A program made the position numbers and the translations under genes. Positions 61,181 to 64,000 of a stretch of DNA of 64,000 nucleotides are shown one piece after another. How positions within the stretch are numbered: the stretch's first letter is position 1; the number at the start of each line of letters is the position of its first letter. Origin of the DNA: Fonticella tunisiensis (GTDB taxonomy: Bacteria > Bacillota > Clostridia > Clostridiales > Caloramatoraceae); assembly GCF_004364155.1 (NCBI RefSeq), contig NZ_SOAZ01000007.1:65167-129166 (forward strand), given 5' to 3'. The notes under the pieces were generated by a model that was not told the origin of the DNA, did no database searches, and was given only the letters and a program-made list of their open reading frames with translations.

Positions 61181-62815
61181 ATGATCAAATTAAAAAACCT
61201 CAAAAAATCTATAGTAGCCGTACTGTTCTTACTATTCTTGGTAACCAGCACACACTCGCTTAACGTTGGCAGTGGAGCATCTGCTAACAACAAAACTCAA
61301 GTTAAAAACGTCATTATGCTTATTCCAGATGGAACAAGCATAGAGGCCATAACTCTGGCGAGATGGTATAACGGCGGAAAATCACTTGCCATGGATGAAA
61401 TTGCAGTTGGTCTTACAAGAACCTACTGGAAAGATGGTCCAATAACCGACTCAGCTCCAGGGGGAACAGCATATGCAGTAGGTTATAAAACAGATGATAA
61501 ACATGTAGGCGTTTTAAGCGAACAAGAAGGAAATAGACCTGTTGCAACGCTGGTTGAAGCAGCAAGGCTTGAAGGAAAATCTACAGGAATAGTAGTCACA
61601 TCAGAAATAATGCACGCAACTCCTGCAGACTTTACTGCTCATGATCCTGATAGATCAAACTATAATTCTCTTATGAAACAGCAAATATATAACGGTTTAG
61701 ATGTTGTTCTTGGGGGAGGAGATGAATTTTTTACGCCTGCAGCTGGTGGAAAAAGAACTGATGGAAAGGATCTCAGGGAAGTCATAAAAAGCCTCGGCTA
61801 TGATTATGTGACAACAAGGGATGAAATGAAAAAATCAAAGGCTTCAAAAATCTGGGGAGCCTTTGCACCTAGAGATTTAATGTATGATATAGACCGTCAA
61901 ACTACAAACTCTGATCAGCCTACACTTGCGGAAATGACTCAAAAGGCTATAGAAGTTTTATCAAAGGATAAGGATGGATTCTTTCTTATGGTTGAGGGAA
62001 GTAAAATAGACTGGGCAGCCCATGCAAATGACCCTGTGGGCGTTGTAAGTGACATAATAGCCTTTGATAAAGCTGTTAAAGTAGCACTTGATTTCGCCAG
62101 GAAGGATGGCCATACAGTAGTGGTTTCCTCAGCGGATCATGGAACAGGTGGATTGACGATAGGAAGTAAAGTACATGATAAAGAATATTCATATATAACC
62201 TTTGATGAAAGCGTCAATAGACTTAGGACTGCAAAGGCTTCAGCAGATTTAGCCATTTCCCTTCTTAAGAATGCTGATGAAGGCAAAATAAAGGAAGTAT
62301 TAAATACTTACTATGGCATTAACGATCCAACAGTTGAAGAAATATCATCTATTAAGTCTGATCCTCAAAATATTAAGCAAGTAATAAGCGCCAGATCGAA
62401 TGTAGGTTGGACAACCGGCGGACATGTAGGAGGAGACGTTGCTTTATTTAACTACGCCCCCTATGGTGTTGAAAGATTGCAGGGTGTTAAGGATAATACA
62501 GAGGTTGGAAGGTATATGGCAAGAGTTTTAGGATTAAATCTTGAAAAGGCCACTAAAGAACTCTTTGTAAATGCAAAGAAAGTATTTGAAGCTCGTGGAG
62601 CGAAGGTTGAAATAGATGCATCAGATATTGATAATCCTGTAGTCAATATTACAAAAGGAACAAATATCCTAAAACTTCATGGCTACACTAATATTGCAGA
62701 GCTAAACGGAAATACTTGCAAGTTAAATGGAGTTATTGTTTGTATAAAGAAAAATGATAAATATAATGTTGAGGATGTTTACGTACCAATGCAGGCAGTT
62801 GAATTGCTAAGATAA
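61181..62815 (+). CDS. Secreted alkaline phosphatase (PhoA family)
   Basis: Signal peptide MIKLKNLKKSIVAVLFLLFLVTSTHS. DSAPGGTAY active-site serine region. AAGGGGGA RBS before the ATG at 61181. Confidence 0.75.
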   Translation: MIKLKNLKKSIVAVLFLLFLVTSTHSLNVGSGASANNKTQVKNVIMLIPDGTSIEAITLARWYNGGKSLAMDEIAVGLTRTYWKDGPITDSAPGGTAYAVGYKTDDKHVGVLSEQEGNRPVATLVEAARLEGKSTGIVVTSEIMHATPADFTAHDPDRSNYNSLMKQQIYNGLDVVLGGGDEFFTPAAGGKRTDGKDLREVIKSLGYDYVTTRDEMKKSKASKIWGAFAPRDLMYDIDRQTTNSDQPTLAEMTQKAIEVLSKDKDGFFLMVEGSKIDWAAHANDPVGVVSDIIAFDKAVKVALDFARKDGHTVVVSSADHGTGGLTIGSKVHDKEYSYITFDESVNRLRTAKASADLAISLLKNADEGKIKEVLNTYYGINDPTVEEISSIKSDPQNIKQVISARSNVGWTTGGHVGGDVALFNYAPYGVERLQGVKDNTEVGRYMARVLGLNLEKATKELFVNAKKVFEARGAKVEIDASDIDNPVVNITKGTNILKLHGYTNIAELNGNTCKLNGVIVCIKKNDKYNVEDVYVPMQAVELLR

Positions 62816-62835
62816 TTGTAAGACGTATTTATCCA

Positions 62836-62870
62836 AAAGGTGCATGCCCAAAGGAGCATACACCTTTTGC
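62836..62870 (+). terminator. Intrinsic terminator after the phosphatase gene
   Basis: Imperfect hairpin ggtgcatgc...gcatacacc followed by TTTTG. Confidence 0.45.
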
Positions 62871-62937
62871 TATTGCTTCTATAGTCTGTCCATATTTCAT
62901 TTCTAAATTAACTCATCGTTCTGGTTTTCACTTTCAA

Positions 62938-63142
62938 AGAACGCTGCGATAAAAAATATATTTCATTCACCAGTGCGCTTAGCAAAGAAGTTCTAAGACT
63001 CGGGATTTGAAAAATCAAGAACTTTCATCAAACTCGCCTTGCTCAAACAAATGAAAGTTCTAGGATTTTTCTGCATCCCTTCGCCTGGAACTTCTAGATG
63101 CTCGCTTTATGTGAATTCCATATATTTTTTATCTCCGCTTTC
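62938..63142. repeat. MITE-like element, full copy
   Basis: Ends gaacgctgcgataaaaaatatat ... atatattttttatctccgctttcttagc. Reverse complement of 43633-43863 in the interior. Confidence 0.7.
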
Positions 63143-63189
63143 TTAGCAGAAAGCAGGATATTGTCAAACTAATTGCAACATTATTATAT

Positions 63190-63444
63190 GCAAAAAATAA
63201 AATGGCTCCATGGAGAGGACCTAAGCCTCCAACCCGACCGTTGAACTGCTGGCTTGCGACAACATTGTATTCAAAAATAAAATGGCTCCATGGAGAGGAC
63301 TCGAACCTCCAACCCGACCGTTGAACTGCTGGCTTGCGACAACATTGTATTCAAAAAATAAAGTGGCTCCATGGAGAGGACCTAAGCCTCCAACCCGACC
63401 GTTAAACAGCTGGCTTGCGACAACATTGTATTCAAAAAATAAAA
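63190..63444 (-). repeat. Three tandem ~80-bp units, each holding a 3' fragment of tRNA-Asn (anticodon arm through CCA-proximal acceptor) plus an identical ~22-bp spacer
   Basis: tggctccatggagaggac(c/t)(t/c)(a/g)a(g/a)cctccaacccgaccgtt... repeated at 63203, 63283 and 63364. Spacer caacattgtattcaaaaaataaaa. Confidence 0.7.
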
Positions 63445-63521
63445 TGGCTCCATGGAGAGGACTCGAACCTCCAACCCTCCGGTTAACAGCCGGATGCTCC
63501 ACCATTGAGCTACCATGGAAC
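63445..63521 (-). tRNA. tRNA-Asn (GTT)
   Basis: Reverse complement GTTCCATGGTAGCTCAATGGTGGAGCATCCGGCTGTTAACCGGAGGGTTGGAGGTTCGAGTCCTCTCCATGGAGCCA. Anticodon loop CTGTTAA and T-loop GGTTCGAGTCC. Confidence 0.7.
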
Positions 63522-63543
63522 GATAAAGATTTATTCAATTGAA

Positions 63544-63662
63544 TCCGGCAGCTACCTACTCTCCCGAGCCGTCTCCAGCTCAGTACCATCGGCCCTGCAG
63601 GGCTTAACCGACCTGGCTCGGATGGGAGCGGGTTACTCACCCTGCACTCCCTATCGTCAGGT
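63544..63662 (-). pseudogene. Degenerate 5S rRNA-like copy (diverged helix I and loop B)
   Basis: Shares the 3' 60 nt with the neighbouring 5S. CCGAGCCAGGTCGGTTAAG replaces the conserved CCGAACACGAAGGTTAAG. The 5' end cannot pair with the 3' end. Confidence 0.5.
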
Positions 63663-63669
63663 GTTATTC

Positions 63670-63786
63670 ATCCGGCAGCTACCTACTCTCCCATGGCGTC
63701 TCCGCCATAGTACCATCGGCGTTACAGGGCTTAACCTTCGTGTTCGGAATGGGAACGGGTGTATCCCCTGCACCATCGCCACCGGA
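63670..63786 (-). rRNA. rrf: 5S ribosomal RNA
   Basis: Reverse complement TCCGGTGGCGATGGTGCAGGGGATACACCCGTTCCCATTCCGAACACGAAGGTTAAGCCCTGTAACGCCGATGGTACTATGGCGGAGACGCCATGGGAGAGTAGGTAGCTGCCGGA. Confidence 0.85.
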
Positions 63787-63907
63787 TTACAGATGTCAGA
63801 GGTCGGATGTCGGAAGTCAGACTCCTTAGCATTCCTTTAGGGTCTTTCCTATCCTGCCTGACACACTAAAAGAACTAATATTAGTTCTCTCAAAACTGCA
63901 CAGCTTT

Positions 63908-64000
63908 GATCAAGCCCTCGACCTATTAGTACCTGTCAGCTGAACGCCTCACGACGCTTACACCTCAGGCCTATCAACCTCATGTTCTTTGAGGGGTCTT
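63908..64000 (-). rRNA. rrl: 23S ribosomal RNA, 3' end (continues beyond the window)
   Basis: Reverse complement ...GGTTGATAGGCCTGAGGTGTAAGCGTCGTGAGGCGTTCAGCTGACAGGTACTAATAGGTCGAGGGCTTGATC matches the conserved 23S 3' terminus. Confidence 0.75.

Noticed and set aside
63190-63444. Possible CRISPR array (regular about 80-bp period)
   Set aside because: The repeating units are tRNA-derived and the intervening segments are identical rather than unique spacers. There are no cas genes.
63221-63840. ORF-track CDSs 63221-63640(-), 63282-63542(+) and 63505-63840(+)
   Set aside because: They lie entirely over the tRNA-Asn fragment repeats, tRNA-Asn and the two 5S genes. The repetitive peptide text (GRVGGSSPLHGA...) just reflects the tandem DNA repeats.

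Overview
Low-GC Firmicutes (Clostridium-like) chromosomal segment dominated by carbohydrate, polyol and amino-sugar catabolism, ending in the 3' part of an rRNA operon (23S 3' end, two tandem 5S-type genes, tRNA-Asn) on the minus strand.

From 5' to 3' the window holds:
- A 5'-truncated GH3 beta-N-acetylhexosaminidase (1-1497).
- A complete minus-strand homolog of the E. coli yhfS-yhfZ cluster of unknown function (1640-10332), carrying an extra amidase-signature-like gene.
- A decayed nagB pseudogene flanked by an ~85-bp direct repeat.
- An orphan EcsC gene.
- An OpuC-type betaine/choline ABC importer whose permease and binding protein are fused.
- A mannosylglycerate PTS/alpha-mannosidase pair (mngA/mngB) coupled to a GH13 sucrose-phosphorylase-family enzyme, with a divergent RpiR regulator.
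- An NADP-dependent secondary-alcohol dehydrogenase.
- Two paralogous glycerol modules:
  - glpP-glpK-glpF plus a three-gene GlpA-like/oxidoreductase/DUF1667 set under a GlpP antiterminator (25069-31222).
  - glpF-glpK plus the same three-gene set, a sigma-54 enhancer-binding protein and dhaKLM/HPr/DJ-1, behind a perfect sigma-54 promoter (50204-60597).
- A HutP-like antiterminator with a UAG-rich terminator leader in front of an ABC importer with a PF04392-family binding protein.
- An FMN-riboswitch-controlled ribDE(BA)H operon.
- A SpoVB/MurJ-like flippase, an S8 peptidase, a DUF362 Fe-S protein, an HD hydrolase, a methyl-accepting chemotaxis protein, a flotillin-like SPFH protein, pgsA and a secreted alkaline phosphatase.

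Two structural signals run across the window:
- A MITE-like dispersed repeat with ~35-40-bp terminal inverted repeats occurs in at least six intergenic copies.
- Three tandem 3'-fragment copies of tRNA-Asn sit next to the intact tRNA-Asn.

No CRISPR array, transposase, integrase or recognisable defence system is visible. The best candidates for undescribed biology are the yhf-like cluster, the HutP-controlled transporter, the MITE family and the GH13/mngAB coupling.
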